Assembly: GCA_041288095.1 (NCBI GenBank)
Contig: JBGGMJ010000146.1
Location: 1 to 61,211, forward strand
DNA from: Myxococcota bacterium
Lineage (GTDB): Bacteria; Myxococcota; XYA12-FULL-58-9; JALHOP01
Reading direction: 5' to 3'
DNA: 61,211 nt
Shown: one piece after another, positions 19,223-29,819 of the stretch
How positions within the stretch are numbered: position 1 is the stretch's first letter
Layout: each line of letters opens with the position of its first letter
Translations under genes and position numbers: made by a program
Notes under the pieces: generated by a model
The model's input: only the letters and a program-made list of their open reading frames with translations
Told to the model about the DNA's origin: nothing
The model's database searches: none

Positions 19223-19878
19223 AGCGCGTCGGTCGAGGCAATCGTCCAGGTCTCGGTGAGCGCCGCTTGCTCCCACTCTCTGAACGCCGCGTCCGCCAGG
19301 ATGAGGTCGGCATACGCCCGCGCCCGTCCCTCGAGCTTCACGCCGTAGGTGCGAAAGCGCGTGCAGACCGGCGCGTACATGGCGTCAGCGATGGTGCGGC
19401 CGCCGAACAGGTAGGGGCCGCTCTTCTCGAAGCTCGTGAGCAGCTCGTCCCAGCGCGATGTCATCAGGGCGATGTCGTTCAGCGTATCCGCGGGCAACGT
19501 GCGCGGCTCGGCGCGCCGGCGGATGTTCATCGATAGATCGCGACGAAGGGCGCCGAAACCCGAGTGCATCTCCGCCGCGGCGGAGCGGCAGACGGCGCGC
19601 GTGCTCGGATCACTCGGCCACAGCGCCGGGTTTTGCTCCGCCGCCCATTCGCAGATCGCGAGTGAGTCCCAGATGACGGTGCCACCGAGGTGCAGCGCCG
19701 GCACGCGGCCGCTAGGACTGACGGCGAGGATCTCCGGCTTCTTCGCCGAGCCGTAGCCGTCGCCGCCTAAGGGGATTACCTTCTCGTCGAAGTCGATGCC
19801 GCCCCACTTCAGGGCGAGCCAGGGCCGCAGCGACCACGACGAGTAGTTCTTGTTGCCGAGGAACAGGGTCGGCTTCAC
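19219..19878 (-). CDS. Glutathione S-transferase family protein
   Basis: [51 protein letters not shown] start overlaps the pckG stop. Confidence 0.93.
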   Translation of the reverse strand: MKPTLFLGNKNYSSWSLRPWLALKWGGIDFDEKVIPLGGDGYGSAKKPEILAVSPSGRVPALHLGGTVIWDSLAICEWAAEQNPALWPSDPSTRAVCRSAAAEMHSGFGALRRDLSMNIRRRAEPRTLPADTLNDIALMTSRWDELLTSFEKSGPYLFGGRTIADAMYAPVCTRFRTYGVKLEGRARAYADLILADAAFREWEQAALTETWTIASTDAL

Positions 19879-21698
19879 GTCACACCCAGGCGGTCGAGCA
19901 ACTTGTCGTGCTCGTCCCATAGCTCCTTGGGTAGGCGGTCACCGAACTCTTCGTAAGCGGGCCCGATCTGCGCCGCCTCTTCCTTCCAGACTTCGACATC
20001 GACCGAGAGCAAGATGTCGAGCTGCTCGGGCGTGAGCGCCAAGCCGTCGAGATCGAGCGCGGTCTTTGTCGGCAACAGACCAATCTGCGTCTTCTGCGCC
20101 TCGGCGCTGCCTTCGAGCCGGCCGACGATCCACTTCAAGACGCGGCTGTTGTCTCCGAAGCCCGGCCACACGTATTTGCCGCGTCCGTCTTTGCGGAACC
20201 AATTCACGAAGTAGATCTTCGGCAGCTTCTTGGCGTCGTGGTCGCGGCCGACCTTCAGCCAGTGCGCGAAGTAGTCCGCCATGTTGTAGCCGCAGAAGGG
20301 GAGCATCGCGAACGGGTCGCGGCGCAGCGCCCCGACCTTGTTCTCGGCCGCCGCCGTGCCTTCGGAGGCGATGTTCGAGGCGAGGAAGACGCCGTGTTGC
20401 CAGTCGAAGGCTTCGGTCACCAGCGGCACCGCGCTCGCGCGACGTCCGCCAAAGAGGATCGCCGAGATCGGCACGCCCTTGGGGTCCTGCCACTCGGGCG
20501 CCATCGTCGGGCACTGCGACGCCGGCGCCGTGAAGCGCGCGTTCGGATGCGCCGCGGTCTCACGCGAGCCCGGGGTCCAGTCGCGACCCTTCCAGTCCTT
20601 CAAGTGCGGCGGCGGTGTCTCGGAGAGACCTTCCCACCAGACGTCACCGTCGTCCGTCAAAGCGACATTGGTGAACACGGTGTCGTGTCCGAGCGTGGCG
20701 ATGGCGTTCTTGTTGCTCTGCGGGTTGGTGCCGGGCGCGACACCGAAGAAGCCGAACTCCGGGTTGATGGCGTAGAGCCGCCCGTCGTCGCCGAAGCGCA
20801 TCCAGGCGATGTCGTCGCCGATGGTCTCGGCCTTCCAGCCCGGGATGGTCGGTTGCAACATCGCGAGGTTGGTCTTGCCGCAAGCGCTGGGGAAGGCGGC
20901 GGCGATGAAGCGCGGTTCGCCCTTGGGCGGCGTGAGCTTCAGGATGAGCATGTGCTCGGCGAGCCAGCCCTCGTCGCGCGCCATCACCGAGGCGATGCGC
21001 AGCGCGAAGCACTTCTTACCGAGGAGCGCGTTGCCGCCGTAGCCCGAGCCATACGACCAGATCTCGCGGGTCTCGGGGTAGTGGACGATGTACTTGGTCT
21101 CGTTGCACGGCCACGGCACGTCTTGCTGACCGGCGCTGAGCGGCGCGCCGACGGTGTGGACGCAGGGTACGAAGAAGCCGTCGGTACCGAGCTGGTCGAG
21201 CGCCGGCTGTCCCATGCGCGTCATGATGCGCATCGAGGCGGCGACGTAAGGCGAGTCCGTGAGCTCGACGCCGATGGCGCTGATGCGCGAGCCCAGCGGC
21301 CCCATGCAGAAGGGGACGACGTACATGGTCCGCCCGCGCATACAGCCGTCGAAGAGCGGCTTCAGCGTCGTGCGCATGTCGTTCGGCGCCATCCAGTTGT
21401 TGGTCGGGCCGGCGTCGGACTCCTTCTCGGAGCAGATGAAGGTGCGGCTCTCGACGCGCGCGACGTCGCGGGGATCGGAGAGGATGTAATAGCTGTTCGG
21501 CCGCTTCTCGTGGTTGAGCTGCCGCGCGGTGCCGGCGTCGACGAGGGTCTTGATGAGGTGGTCGTTCTCGGCCTTGGAGCCGTCGCACCAATGCACCCTG
21601 TCGGGCTTCGTGAGGGCGGCGATGGTGCGCACCCACTCGGCGAGCTTCGCGTGCTTGGTGGGAGCCGACGAAAGACTCGCTCCTAACGCGGTGGTCAT
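19875..21698 (-). CDS. pckG: Phosphoenolpyruvate carboxykinase (GTP)
   Basis: [64 protein letters not shown]. Start at ATG 21698. Confidence 0.97.
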   Translation of the reverse strand: MTTALGASLSSAPTKHAKLAEWVRTIAALTKPDRVHWCDGSKAENDHLIKTLVDAGTARQLNHEKRPNSYYILSDPRDVARVESRTFICSEKESDAGPTNNWMAPNDMRTTLKPLFDGCMRGRTMYVVPFCMGPLGSRISAIGVELTDSPYVAASMRIMTRMGQPALDQLGTDGFFVPCVHTVGAPLSAGQQDVPWPCNETKYIVHYPETREIWSYGSGYGGNALLGKKCFALRIASVMARDEGWLAEHMLILKLTPPKGEPRFIAAAFPSACGKTNLAMLQPTIPGWKAETIGDDIAWMRFGDDGRLYAINPEFGFFGVAPGTNPQSNKNAIATLGHDTVFTNVALTDDGDVWWEGLSETPPPHLKDWKGRDWTPGSRETAAHPNARFTAPASQCPTMAPEWQDPKGVPISAILFGGRRASAVPLVTEAFDWQHGVFLASNIASEGTAAAENKVGALRRDPFAMLPFCGYNMADYFAHWLKVGRDHDAKKLPKIYFVNWFRKDGRGKYVWPGFGDNSRVLKWIVGRLEGSAEAQKTQIGLLPTKTALDLDGLALTPEQLDILLSVDVEVWKEEAAQIGPAYEEFGDRLPKELWDEHDKLLDRLGVT

Positions 21699-21872
21699 TG
21701 CGTATCGTCCTTCAAATTGCGCCGTAAGGCAGCGAAAAGCCGCGGTAGCGAGCGTCAACGGCGCGCAAAATCATCAAACCGACGCCCCGTGTCAACATAG
21801 GTACGTTTGACCTCGGGAACTAGCCGAAGTGCGCGTAGCGAAGCGTGCGCCGGGCGGCTACCATCGTTGGAC

Positions 21873-24506
21873 ATGAAACGCTGTATTCCATGCCTACGGC
21901 TGGCTGCCGTGGTGCTCCTCTTTGGAGCGCTCACGGGTTGTAATGGCCTCTTGAATGTCAGCCCGGGTGACGGCCAGCGGCCGTGCACGGCGTCCTCGGA
22001 ATGCGACACGGGCGACTTGTGCATCGGCGGCGTTTGCACGTTCGGCAACAACGGCAACTGCTGGGTCTACAACGAGCAAGGCAACTGTCCGGGTGGCAAG
22101 AACTGCGTCGACGGCATCTGCACCGGCATTCCGCTCGTCGGCTGGTGCGACTGCGAACCGAACGACGGCTGCTTGAACGGACAGTGTGTCGAGCTCTCCG
22201 AAGACACGTTGTGCTCCGATGTCCGCCCGAATGGAGCCTGCCTCGACGGCTCGGTCTGCGTCGCCGGCACCTGTGTCGAGATCACGCCAGGCAACATCTG
22301 CAGCGGCAACCGTTTGAACGGACTATGCCCCTCGGGCACCGGCTGCGTGCGCGGTCAGTGCGTGCCGATCGCCGAGGACCCTTGCGGTCCGACCAACACC
22401 GACGGTCTTTGTTCGTCGGGCTCGCGTTGCAATTCCCAAGGTCTGTGTGAGCTGGTTCCGTGCTCGCCTTCGGCGCCGAGCGGTGCCTGCAGCGTCCTCG
22501 GCACCTACTGCGACGACGGCACCTGCGTCGCCATCCCCTGCAGCCCCCAGAACGTGAACGGTCCCTGTGAGGACCTCACGACGTATTGCAGCGCGACCGG
22601 TCAGTGCATCGGCAACGGCACTTGTGCTTCGGACCTCGATTGCCAGGCGGGACAGTACTGCGGCGCCGCGGGTGTTTGCCGCCAGACCGGCACCTGCGTC
22701 GATCCCGCGGACTGCGGTGAGTTTTCGATATGCAACGGCGGCACCTGCGTTCGTGATCTCACCTGCGCCGATGACAACGACTGCCCGTCGGGTGAGCACT
22801 GTTTGAACTTCCCAGCCGGTGGCCAGTGCCAACCACTCTTTGCCTGCTATGACGCGAGTGACTGCGAGGCGCCGGCTTATTGCAGCGCCATCGGCGAGTG
22901 CGCGACCACCGACCAATGTTTCGTCAACGCGGACTGCGTCGGCGATCGCTGTGACTTTGCGACCTGCCGTTGCAGCGCGGTGAACACGTGCATCGACATC
23001 AACGGGTGCGCGGTCAACGCCGACTGCTCACTCGGTGAACGCTGCGGTTCCGGCGGAACGTGTCAGCCCATCGAAGCCTGTAGCGCCAACCCCCCGGCAT
23101 CCTGCGCCGGCAACATCTGCTGTGAGAACAGCGACCAACGCTGCACCTCCGAGCTCGCGACCGACCTTTGCTTGCCGGTGGGCCGCTGCCGCTTCAACAG
23201 CGATTGCGGCCTCGGCGTGACCTGCAACGTCAGCGAAGGCACGTGCAGTGTCGGCACGGCCTGCACGCGCGCCACCGAAGTGGCCGACTGCGGCGGCGGT
23301 AAGTTCTGCAACTCATACGGTGCCTGCGCGACCGGCACGCGAAATACCGACTGCACCACACCCATCGATTGCCCCGCGGGTCAGATTTGTAACGCTCAGT
23401 TCAAGTGCGAGCTTGCCGCGGCCTGCGGTGGTGAAGAGTTCGCGACCACCGAAGTTGCGCCCAACATGCTCATCTTGCTCGATCGCTCCGGCAGTATGAA
23501 CGAGAGCATCAACAGCAACTGCCCGAGTGACCAGAGCAGCAAGCGATGGAACATCGCGGTCAACGCCATCGAGGCCGTTTTGGCGGACATTGGCGGCTCG
23601 ATCCGCTTCGGCTTGTCGACCTACCCGAGCGCGAGAAACTGCGGCAACGTCTTCGACTGCGACTCCGACTGCAACAATGAGTGCGAAAACGGCTGCCCGG
23701 TTGATGATCCGCCAGATGGCAGTGATGAGGACGACAACTGTGAGCCGGGCTACGTCGACGAGCCGGTGGGTGCACCCGCGGCGGCCATCAACGACTTTCT
23801 GAACGACATCAGTCCCGGCGGCCGCACGCCTACCGCGCGCGCTCTGCGTCGTGTCGCCGGTAACCGCAACGCCTACGGTCTACCGGTCACCAACGATCCG
23901 GTCGTTCGCGACAACTACGTCTTGCTGATCACCGACGGCAATCCGAACTGCGAAGAGGGCGGTACCAACTGCCTCGACAGTTGCCGCGGCGACAGCTGCA
24001 GCAGCAACTGTTTGGTGAACACGGCGCTCGATCAGCTGCTCGCGCTATCGCCGAGAATCAAGACGTACACGGTCGGCTTCGCCTTCTCGAGCATCCGTCC
24101 CAACCTCAACTGCAATGCCGTCTACGGCGGCACGTCGTTGTGTCCAGCTTCGGTCAATCGCGACAACTGCGACGACTACGACGACTCTGCTTGCTACTAC
24201 AACGCCAACACGCCGGCGGCCCTGGTCACGGCGCTATCGCAGATTAGCCAGCAGATCTCCGGCTGCACCTTCGACATGGACGAGGCGCCACCGGACGTCG
24301 AGCGCCTGTACGTCTTCACGCGCGACTTGGTGGGCGGCGTGCCGACGGGGCCGTATGTGCCGGTCTCGAGCAGCACGAGCAACCCTGACGGTTACTACAC
24401 GCTCGTGGGCTTGCGCATTCAGCTCTTCGGCGCGGTTTGTGATCGTGTCCGTGCCGGCGAGGAGAAGCCGGTCATCGTCTACGGCTGCCCGCAGCCCGGT
24501 GGGTGA
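21873..24506 (+). CDS. Cys-rich vWA-domain lipoprotein, paralog of 9406..13008
   Basis: Lipobox LTGC, CxxxxDC repeats, MIDAS LLDRSGSM, RTPT, LLITDGNP, IKTYTVGF, C-terminal IVYGCPQPGG. Start at ATG 21873. Confidence 0.87.
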   Translation: MKRCIPCLRLAAVVLLFGALTGCNGLLNVSPGDGQRPCTASSECDTGDLCIGGVCTFGNNGNCWVYNEQGNCPGGKNCVDGICTGIPLVGWCDCEPNDGCLNGQCVELSEDTLCSDVRPNGACLDGSVCVAGTCVEITPGNICSGNRLNGLCPSGTGCVRGQCVPIAEDPCGPTNTDGLCSSGSRCNSQGLCELVPCSPSAPSGACSVLGTYCDDGTCVAIPCSPQNVNGPCEDLTTYCSATGQCIGNGTCASDLDCQAGQYCGAAGVCRQTGTCVDPADCGEFSICNGGTCVRDLTCADDNDCPSGEHCLNFPAGGQCQPLFACYDASDCEAPAYCSAIGECATTDQCFVNADCVGDRCDFATCRCSAVNTCIDINGCAVNADCSLGERCGSGGTCQPIEACSANPPASCAGNICCENSDQRCTSELATDLCLPVGRCRFNSDCGLGVTCNVSEGTCSVGTACTRATEVADCGGGKFCNSYGACATGTRNTDCTTPIDCPAGQICNAQFKCELAAACGGEEFATTEVAPNMLILLDRSGSMNESINSNCPSDQSSKRWNIAVNAIEAVLADIGGSIRFGLSTYPSARNCGNVFDCDSDCNNECENGCPVDDPPDGSDEDDNCEPGYVDEPVGAPAAAINDFLNDISPGGRTPTARALRRVAGNRNAYGLPVTNDPVVRDNYVLLITDGNPNCEEGGTNCLDSCRGDSCSSNCLVNTALDQLLALSPRIKTYTVGFAFSSIRPNLNCNAVYGGTSLCPASVNRDNCDDYDDSACYYNANTPAALVTALSQISQQISGCTFDMDEAPPDVERLYVFTRDLVGGVPTGPYVPVSSSTSNPDGYYTLVGLRIQLFGAVCDRVRAGEEKPVIVYGCPQPGG

Positions 24507-24507
24507 T

Positions 24508-25176
24508 TCAGGAGAGCTTCGGCTCGCAGCGCAGGATCTCGAAGGCCTCCGCCGCTTTCGAGCGTCCAGACATGACTCCGCGATAGCGAGCGAGCCCTTC
24601 GCTCGCCGCGCGGTAGTCGATGGCGGACATTTGCGAGGCGTGGCAGCCGAGCATCTCGAGCTTCCGCCCGAGCGTCGCGGTGATGTCGACGACCCAGCCG
24701 GGGTTGCGTAGCGGGTCCCAGACCTCGTAGCCGAACATGCTGCGCACGCGGTGCGGCTCGCCACAGCCGGCGTGCCAAGGCCCGGCGGCGACGGTGACGG
24801 CATCGACGACCATCGCGTGGACTTCTTGGTGGTCGCGCATGCGGTCGTCGGCGGTGTGGACGAAGACGATCTCCGGGCGGACGCGGCGCACCAGTGTGAT
24901 GAGGCGGCGTTGCAGCTCTTGCGAGCTGCGCACGTGGCCGTCCGGCAGATTGAAGAGCTCGAGCCCCGCGCCGACCATGCGCGCGGCCTCGCGGGCTTCG
25001 CGCTCGCGAATCACGCGCAGCTCCTCGGCCGCGATGACGTCGCTGCCCGCTTCGCCGGAGGTCATGCACACGTGGGTGATGGCGTAGCCGGCATCGCGCA
25101 GGAGGAACTCGGTGCCGCCGCAGCCGAGCTCGATGTCGTCTGGATGAGCGCCGAAGGAGAGGATGGACTTGTTCAC
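24508..25176 (-). CDS. PIG-L family N-deacetylase
   Basis: GAHPDDIELGCGG, TSGEAG, REREAREAA, RDHQ, VDITAT, HASQ. Confidence 0.92.
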   Translation of the reverse strand: MNKSILSFGAHPDDIELGCGGTEFLLRDAGYAITHVCMTSGEAGSDVIAAEELRVIREREAREAARMVGAGLELFNLPDGHVRSSQELQRRLITLVRRVRPEIVFVHTADDRMRDHQEVHAMVVDAVTVAAGPWHAGCGEPHRVRSMFGYEVWDPLRNPGWVVDITATLGRKLEMLGCHASQMSAIDYRAASEGLARYRGVMSGRSKAAEAFEILRCEPKLS

Positions 25177-26249
25177 GCTGCCTGCCTTTCGAGGATGAGC
25201 TGGACGATGCGGCGGGAGGGGCTTTCGCTCGCGATGGCGGTGGGGAGCGGCTCTCGTGGGGCTGCAAGCATTTCGTCGAGGACGAAGGGCAAGATGGTCG
25301 GGTCATTGCCGACGAGGCGGACCCGGCCCGTGGCCAAGCCGTCGCGACGCTCGGTGCGCTCCCGCAGGAGCACGACCGGCTTGCGCAGGAAGGCGGCTTC
25401 TTCCTGGACGCCACCCGAGTCCGTCAGCACGCACGCGGACGCGCGCAGCAGGCCAATGAAATCCGAGTAGCCGAGCGGCGGCGCCAGACACACGCGGGGG
25501 TGGTCCGCGAAAACGGTGGTCAGCTCATCGCGGGTCGCCGGCTGCAGGTGGAGCGGGCAGGTGAGGGCGAGCGTCGGATGCGCGTCGAGGTAGCCGCGCA
25601 GGGTCTCGAGCAAAGCGCGCGTCTGCTGCGTGTCGCGCTCGCGGCGATGCATGGTGAGGACCAGACGTTGCATCGAGGCGTCCGCTCCGGGGGAGGTGCG
25701 CGCGATGGCCGACGTGAGCGCATCGATCATCGTGTTGCCAGTCACGTGGATGCGATCCGCCGGCACGCCTTCAGCCAAGAGGTTGCGCCGTTCGAGCTCC
25801 GTCGGCGCGAAGTGCATCGCCGCGATGGTGGCGATGAAGCGGCGGTGCGCTTCCTCGGGGAAGGGCGAGTCCAAGGCGAAGCTGCGCAGCCCGGCCTCGA
25901 CGTGGGCGACCGGGATGCCGCGATAAAAGCTCGCGAGCGCCGCCGAAAAGGCGGTCGTGGTGTCGCCATGCGTGATCACCAACGTTGGCCGCTCACGCTC
26001 GAGGACTTCGGTGACGCCGGTGACGATGCGCGCCGACAAGCGCGCCAAATCCTGCCCGGGCCGCATCACCGCGAGGTCGATGTCCGGTACCAGGTCGAAC
26101 TCCGCGAGCGCCTGCGCGAGCAACTCGCGGTGTTGTCCGCTCGAGAGCAAGAGCAGCGATTGCCGCGGCAGCACCGCCGCTAGGGTCTTGTAGATGGGCG
26201 CGAGCTTGATGGCGTCGGGACGCGTCCCGCAGACGACGATGATCTTCAT
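25173..26249 (-). CDS. wecB: UDP-N-acetylglucosamine 2-epimerase (non-hydrolysing)
   Basis: GTRPDAIK, SGQHRE, HGDTTT, HVEAGLRS, PFPEE, VTGN, TDSGGVQEEA. Start at ATG 26249. Confidence 0.92.
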   Translation of the reverse strand: MKIIVVCGTRPDAIKLAPIYKTLAAVLPRQSLLLLSSGQHRELLAQALAEFDLVPDIDLAVMRPGQDLARLSARIVTGVTEVLERERPTLVITHGDTTTAFSAALASFYRGIPVAHVEAGLRSFALDSPFPEEAHRRFIATIAAMHFAPTELERRNLLAEGVPADRIHVTGNTMIDALTSAIARTSPGADASMQRLVLTMHRRERDTQQTRALLETLRGYLDAHPTLALTCPLHLQPATRDELTTVFADHPRVCLAPPLGYSDFIGLLRASACVLTDSGGVQEEAAFLRKPVVLLRERTERRDGLATGRVRLVGNDPTILPFVLDEMLAAPREPLPTAIASESPSRRIVQLILERQAA

Positions 26250-26258
26250 GACGCCGGA

Positions 26259-26315
26259 GTATCTATCCGCGATGCCAGCGCCAATCTGAACCTTCAAAGT
26301 ATCGCCAAGCGATAC
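26259..26315. promoter_or_regulatory. Pair of 17-bp operators GTATC-N7-GAT(A/G)C between wecB and the divergent HTH regulator
   Basis: GTATCGC-CAA-GCGATAC (26299-26315, perfect palindrome) and GTATCTATCCGCGATGC (26259-26275), 40 bp apart. Confidence 0.7.
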
Positions 26316-26340
26316 CAGAGTGCGCTAAGAGCCCCATCCC

Positions 26341-27126
26341 ATGGTCCCAAGCCTCGAGAGCCGCCGCATCCGCGCCGCTGTGAAGCGCCTCATGAAGAAC
26401 CACGGCTACCGTTACGCCGACCTGGCGCGCGTCCTCAAAGTCTCGCTGCCGACGGTGAAGCGGCTCATGACCAAGGACGACCTCTCACTCGAGCGACTCA
26501 TCACCATCTGCGACTGGCTGGCCCTACCGCTCCATGAGCTGGTCGCCGCCGCGAGCCAGGAGCAGGGCGGGGCGAGCGTCCTCACCGACGCCCAAGAGCA
26601 ACTGCTCGCGAGCGATCCCACGGTCTACATTTACTACCACGCGCTCCTCGTTGGCCGGCCGCTCGAAGAGCTGCGCAAACGCTGGAAGCTCAGCACCAAG
26701 GAAGAGCGCCGTGCCCAGAGCGTGCTCGATGACGTTGGTCTCATCGAGGTCTGGCCTGGAGACCGCTTGCGCCTGCGCGTCCGTGGCCCGTTCAACATGC
26801 AGCCCGATGGTCCGCTGCAACGGACGTACTTCACCAAGGTCGCGCGCGCCATCGCCAACCGCTTCACGCCCTATGCCGGCAGCTACCACGACGCCGCGAG
26901 CCTCGCGCAGCCCGTGCTCTTCCGCCCATTCGAGATGGTGCTTCGCCCCGAGGTCTATCTCGAGATGGCGCGGGAGCTACGCGAGGTCGTGATCAAGTAC
27001 CGCCTGCGCTCACGCTCCGAGATGACTCTCGAAGCGCGCGAGAACCTGCGGCACGTGTGCGGCCTCATCGCCGCCGATCTGTACTACCCGTGGGACGACG
27101 CGCTCGCGCCACTCGCGAAGCGCTGA
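26341..27126 (+). CDS. XRE/Cro-like HTH transcriptional regulator
   Basis: KRLMKNHGYRYADLARVLKVSLPTVKRLM...LSLERLITIC, plus a C-terminal domain with LDDVGLIEVWPGDR. Confidence 0.85.
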   Translation: MVPSLESRRIRAAVKRLMKNHGYRYADLARVLKVSLPTVKRLMTKDDLSLERLITICDWLALPLHELVAAASQEQGGASVLTDAQEQLLASDPTVYIYYHALLVGRPLEELRKRWKLSTKEERRAQSVLDDVGLIEVWPGDRLRLRVRGPFNMQPDGPLQRTYFTKVARAIANRFTPYAGSYHDAASLAQPVLFRPFEMVLRPEVYLEMARELREVVIKYRLRSRSEMTLEARENLRHVCGLIAADLYYPWDDALAPLAKR

Positions 27127-27147
27127 GGCCTCAAGGATTTCGCCAAG

Positions 27148-29745
27148 TCATCCCGCATCGAAGATACCGAAGCCAGGCGGCGCGCTGCGGTGCTCGCGCA
27201 AGGTGCGGCGCAGGTCGATCATGCCGATGATCTCGGTGCGGTGGTTGGGATCGACGTTGATGACGACGTTGCTCAAGCTCTCGAGCATGATGCGAAAGCC
27301 CAACTTGGCGCTCGGCGACCCTTCCGGGATGCCCTCACGCTGGTGACGCATGGCGGTCGACAGACCCTCGAAGACGGCGCGCGGGTCGAGCAGACCGTGC
27401 TCGTCGATGACGCCCGCCGCGAGCATGCGTCCGTCGGCGCCGCACTCGACGCCTACCGGCCGCGCCTCGCTCGGGCCGCCGGTGCGGTAGAGCGCGTTGA
27501 TGATCATCTCATCGAGCGCCGCGAGCAGCAGGTCCATGATGCGCGGGTGCGAGCCGATGTCGACGCCGAAGCGCTTGACGCCTTCGAGCACCGCGTCTTT
27601 CTGCTCGGTGTTGGTGATGATCCAGCGCTGGACGTCGGCGGCGGGCAGCAGATACCGCGTGACTCCGAAGATGCGGCCGCTCAGCAGCTTGTTCAGGGTC
27701 GCGAAGAGACCTTCCTCGGAGTTGCCGTCGGACGGTACGAAATAGCGGACTTTCATGTCGGCTATCGTCTGCAGCACGTCTTGGCGCGTCGAATCTTCGT
27801 GGACCACGACGACACGCATCGGATTGGCGCGGCGGCTGTTCTCTTCGACGAGATTGATGGCGATGTTTTCGCGCAGCATCGACTCGCCGATGATGACGAG
27901 CGAGGCCTTGTCTCGTTGATGCGCGTTCGGAGGTTGGCGGACGCCGTCGATGATCTCGAGATCGTGCCGGTACGAGAGCAAAACACGGCGGGCCACGTTG
28001 AGCGTCTCGGGGCGGCTGGTGAGCACGATGACGGACTCGAGGTCGGTGTGCCCCGAAGCTCGGAGGCCACCGCTATCACGGACGAACTCGACACCGGCGA
28101 ACGCGCGCATGCCGACGCGCCGGCTCCAGGCGACGCGCGCCAAGTACGGCGATTGGCGCTCGTCGAGGAACACGAGCCCGTAGCTGTTGCGGGTCAGGTG
28201 CGTGACACCGGTGGTCAACGCGGCGCCGCCGGCGCTGACGTCGATGGTGTTGATGCGCATCTTGCTATCGAGGTTGAAGTCGCGCAGCGGCACGAAGGTC
28301 GCGGGTAGCTCGCAGCGCATACGCGGAGCGCGCCGCTGCTCGGGGCCGGTGTTCCCCGCTTCGTCGAGCTCGGCGTTGGCGACCTCGATGCGGCCGCGGC
28401 CGTTACGCTTGGCGCGCAGCAGCGCCTCGTCGGCTTGGGCGATGAGCTCTTCGCCCGTCGTTGTGCCTTGCGACGGCATGGCGGCGATGCCGCCGCTGAA
28501 GTCGATGCTGAGCACATCACTGCTGCGTGGCTTGATGGGATCGGTGCGCAGGCTGAGGCGGATGCGCTCCATGAGGTTCACGGCGCCGCGCAGGTCGGTC
28601 TCCGGCAGGATGAAGAGAAACTCCTCGCCGCCAAATCGACAGAGCACGTCGGTGCGTCGTAGGTGCTGCTGCAAGCGCTCGCTGAAGCGGATGAGCACCT
28701 CGTCACCGACCAGGTGACCCAGCGAGTCGTTGACGCGCTTGAAGTAGTCGATGTCGACGATGCACACCGTGAGGTTCAGGTTGTAGCGGCGGGCTCGCGC
28801 CTGCTCGGTGATGAGCACTGTCGTCATGTGCCGGCGGTTAACGAGCCCGGTCAGCGGGTCGCGGTTGGAGGCAGCGCGCAAGGTGGCCACCACCTGCGAA
28901 TGGCGCAGCGACGTGGCGACGTGCTGCGCGACGACCAAGAGCTTTTCACGGATGTCGGATAGGGCCTTGGGGTCGACCGACGGCGTGAGCACGCCCAAAC
29001 AGCCGACGAGCTCGCCGCAAAACAGCAGCGGCACGACGATGGCATCGGTGCGCGTGTGCGCTACAGCGGGCGCCGCGCGCGGCTCTCCTCGGGTTATCGG
29101 GGCGAGCTCCACGAACTTGAGGTGTTGGACCTCGATGGCGTCCCGGGTGACGCTGTTGGCGACGCGACACATCTCCTGAGCGCACATCCACATGGTCTCG
29201 TGGCTCACGGGATTTTGCTGGAACGTATAGAAGTGCGGCGTGTGCGGCGTGATGATCAGCGCCGTCAGGACTTCGTAGTCGATGAATCCCGGCAGCCGCC
29301 GCTGCAGCTCGCGCAAGATGCCGTCGATGTCGTCGTGATTGGCGAGCGCGGTGCCGAGGCTCATGAGAGCGTGCATCGCCTTTTGCGTCGGCTCGAGCGT
29401 ACCGTCGCCGAAGCGCGGCAGGGACGCGCGCGTCATTACCTCGGCCCAGGCCTGGCGGAGCGCCGGGCGCACGACCTCCATGGGCTTCACGCGCGACACG
29501 AAGAAATCCAAGAGGCCCGCCGACCACAAACGGTGACCGAGGCGGATGCGCGGGTTGTCGTCGCCGTAGGTCGCGATCAGCGCCGCCTCGGGAGCGACAG
29601 TGCGCAGGGTACGCAGGAGCTTCTGCGGGTCGGGCTTGAGCGCGTCGAAGGCAATCAGGGCCACCGGCGTGCCGGCGCGCAGGGCTTCCACGACGCCGCC
29701 GAAGTCCTCGACCACCTGCGGAAGCAAGCCCGCATTCGAGCTCAC
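27148..29745 (-). CDS. Multidomain diguanylate cyclase: degenerate REC-GAF-GGDEF-PilZ-degenerate REC-HATPase-like
   Basis: DPLTGLVNRR, DIDYFKRVNDSLGHLVGD, I-site RRTD, RFGGEEF. PilZ motifs QRRAPR and DVSAGG. C-terminal ALDEMIINAL...DEHGLL...KLGF. Confidence 0.88.
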   Translation of the reverse strand: MSSNAGLLPQVVEDFGGVVEALRAGTPVALIAFDALKPDPQKLLRTLRTVAPEAALIATYGDDNPRIRLGHRLWSAGLLDFFVSRVKPMEVVRPALRQAWAEVMTRASLPRFGDGTLEPTQKAMHALMSLGTALANHDDIDGILRELQRRLPGFIDYEVLTALIITPHTPHFYTFQQNPVSHETMWMCAQEMCRVANSVTRDAIEVQHLKFVELAPITRGEPRAAPAVAHTRTDAIVVPLLFCGELVGCLGVLTPSVDPKALSDIREKLLVVAQHVATSLRHSQVVATLRAASNRDPLTGLVNRRHMTTVLITEQARARRYNLNLTVCIVDIDYFKRVNDSLGHLVGDEVLIRFSERLQQHLRRTDVLCRFGGEEFLFILPETDLRGAVNLMERIRLSLRTDPIKPRSSDVLSIDFSGGIAAMPSQGTTTGEELIAQADEALLRAKRNGRGRIEVANAELDEAGNTGPEQRRAPRMRCELPATFVPLRDFNLDSKMRINTIDVSAGGAALTTGVTHLTRNSYGLVFLDERQSPYLARVAWSRRVGMRAFAGVEFVRDSGGLRASGHTDLESVIVLTSRPETLNVARRVLLSYRHDLEIIDGVRQPPNAHQRDKASLVIIGESMLRENIAINLVEENSRRANPMRVVVVHEDSTRQDVLQTIADMKVRYFVPSDGNSEEGLFATLNKLLSGRIFGVTRYLLPAADVQRWIITNTEQKDAVLEGVKRFGVDIGSHPRIMDLLLAALDEMIINALYRTGGPSEARPVGVECGADGRMLAAGVIDEHGLLDPRAVFEGLSTAMRHQREGIPEGSPSAKLGFRIMLESLSNVVINVDPNHRTEIIGMIDLRRTLREHRSAPPGFGIFDAG

Positions 29746-29819
29746 TTCGCTGAGCTCCGAAGTTTCACCGTACGTCTGGCCTAGAATAACGACGGTGTGG
29801 TTCCGGTTGACCGCAGGCT

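Noticed and set aside
29785..29810. TCAAC...GTCGTTAT upstream of the diguanylate cyclase as another regulon promoter
   Set aside because: Spacing is 12 nt rather than 14-15, and the box reads CGT rather than CGA.
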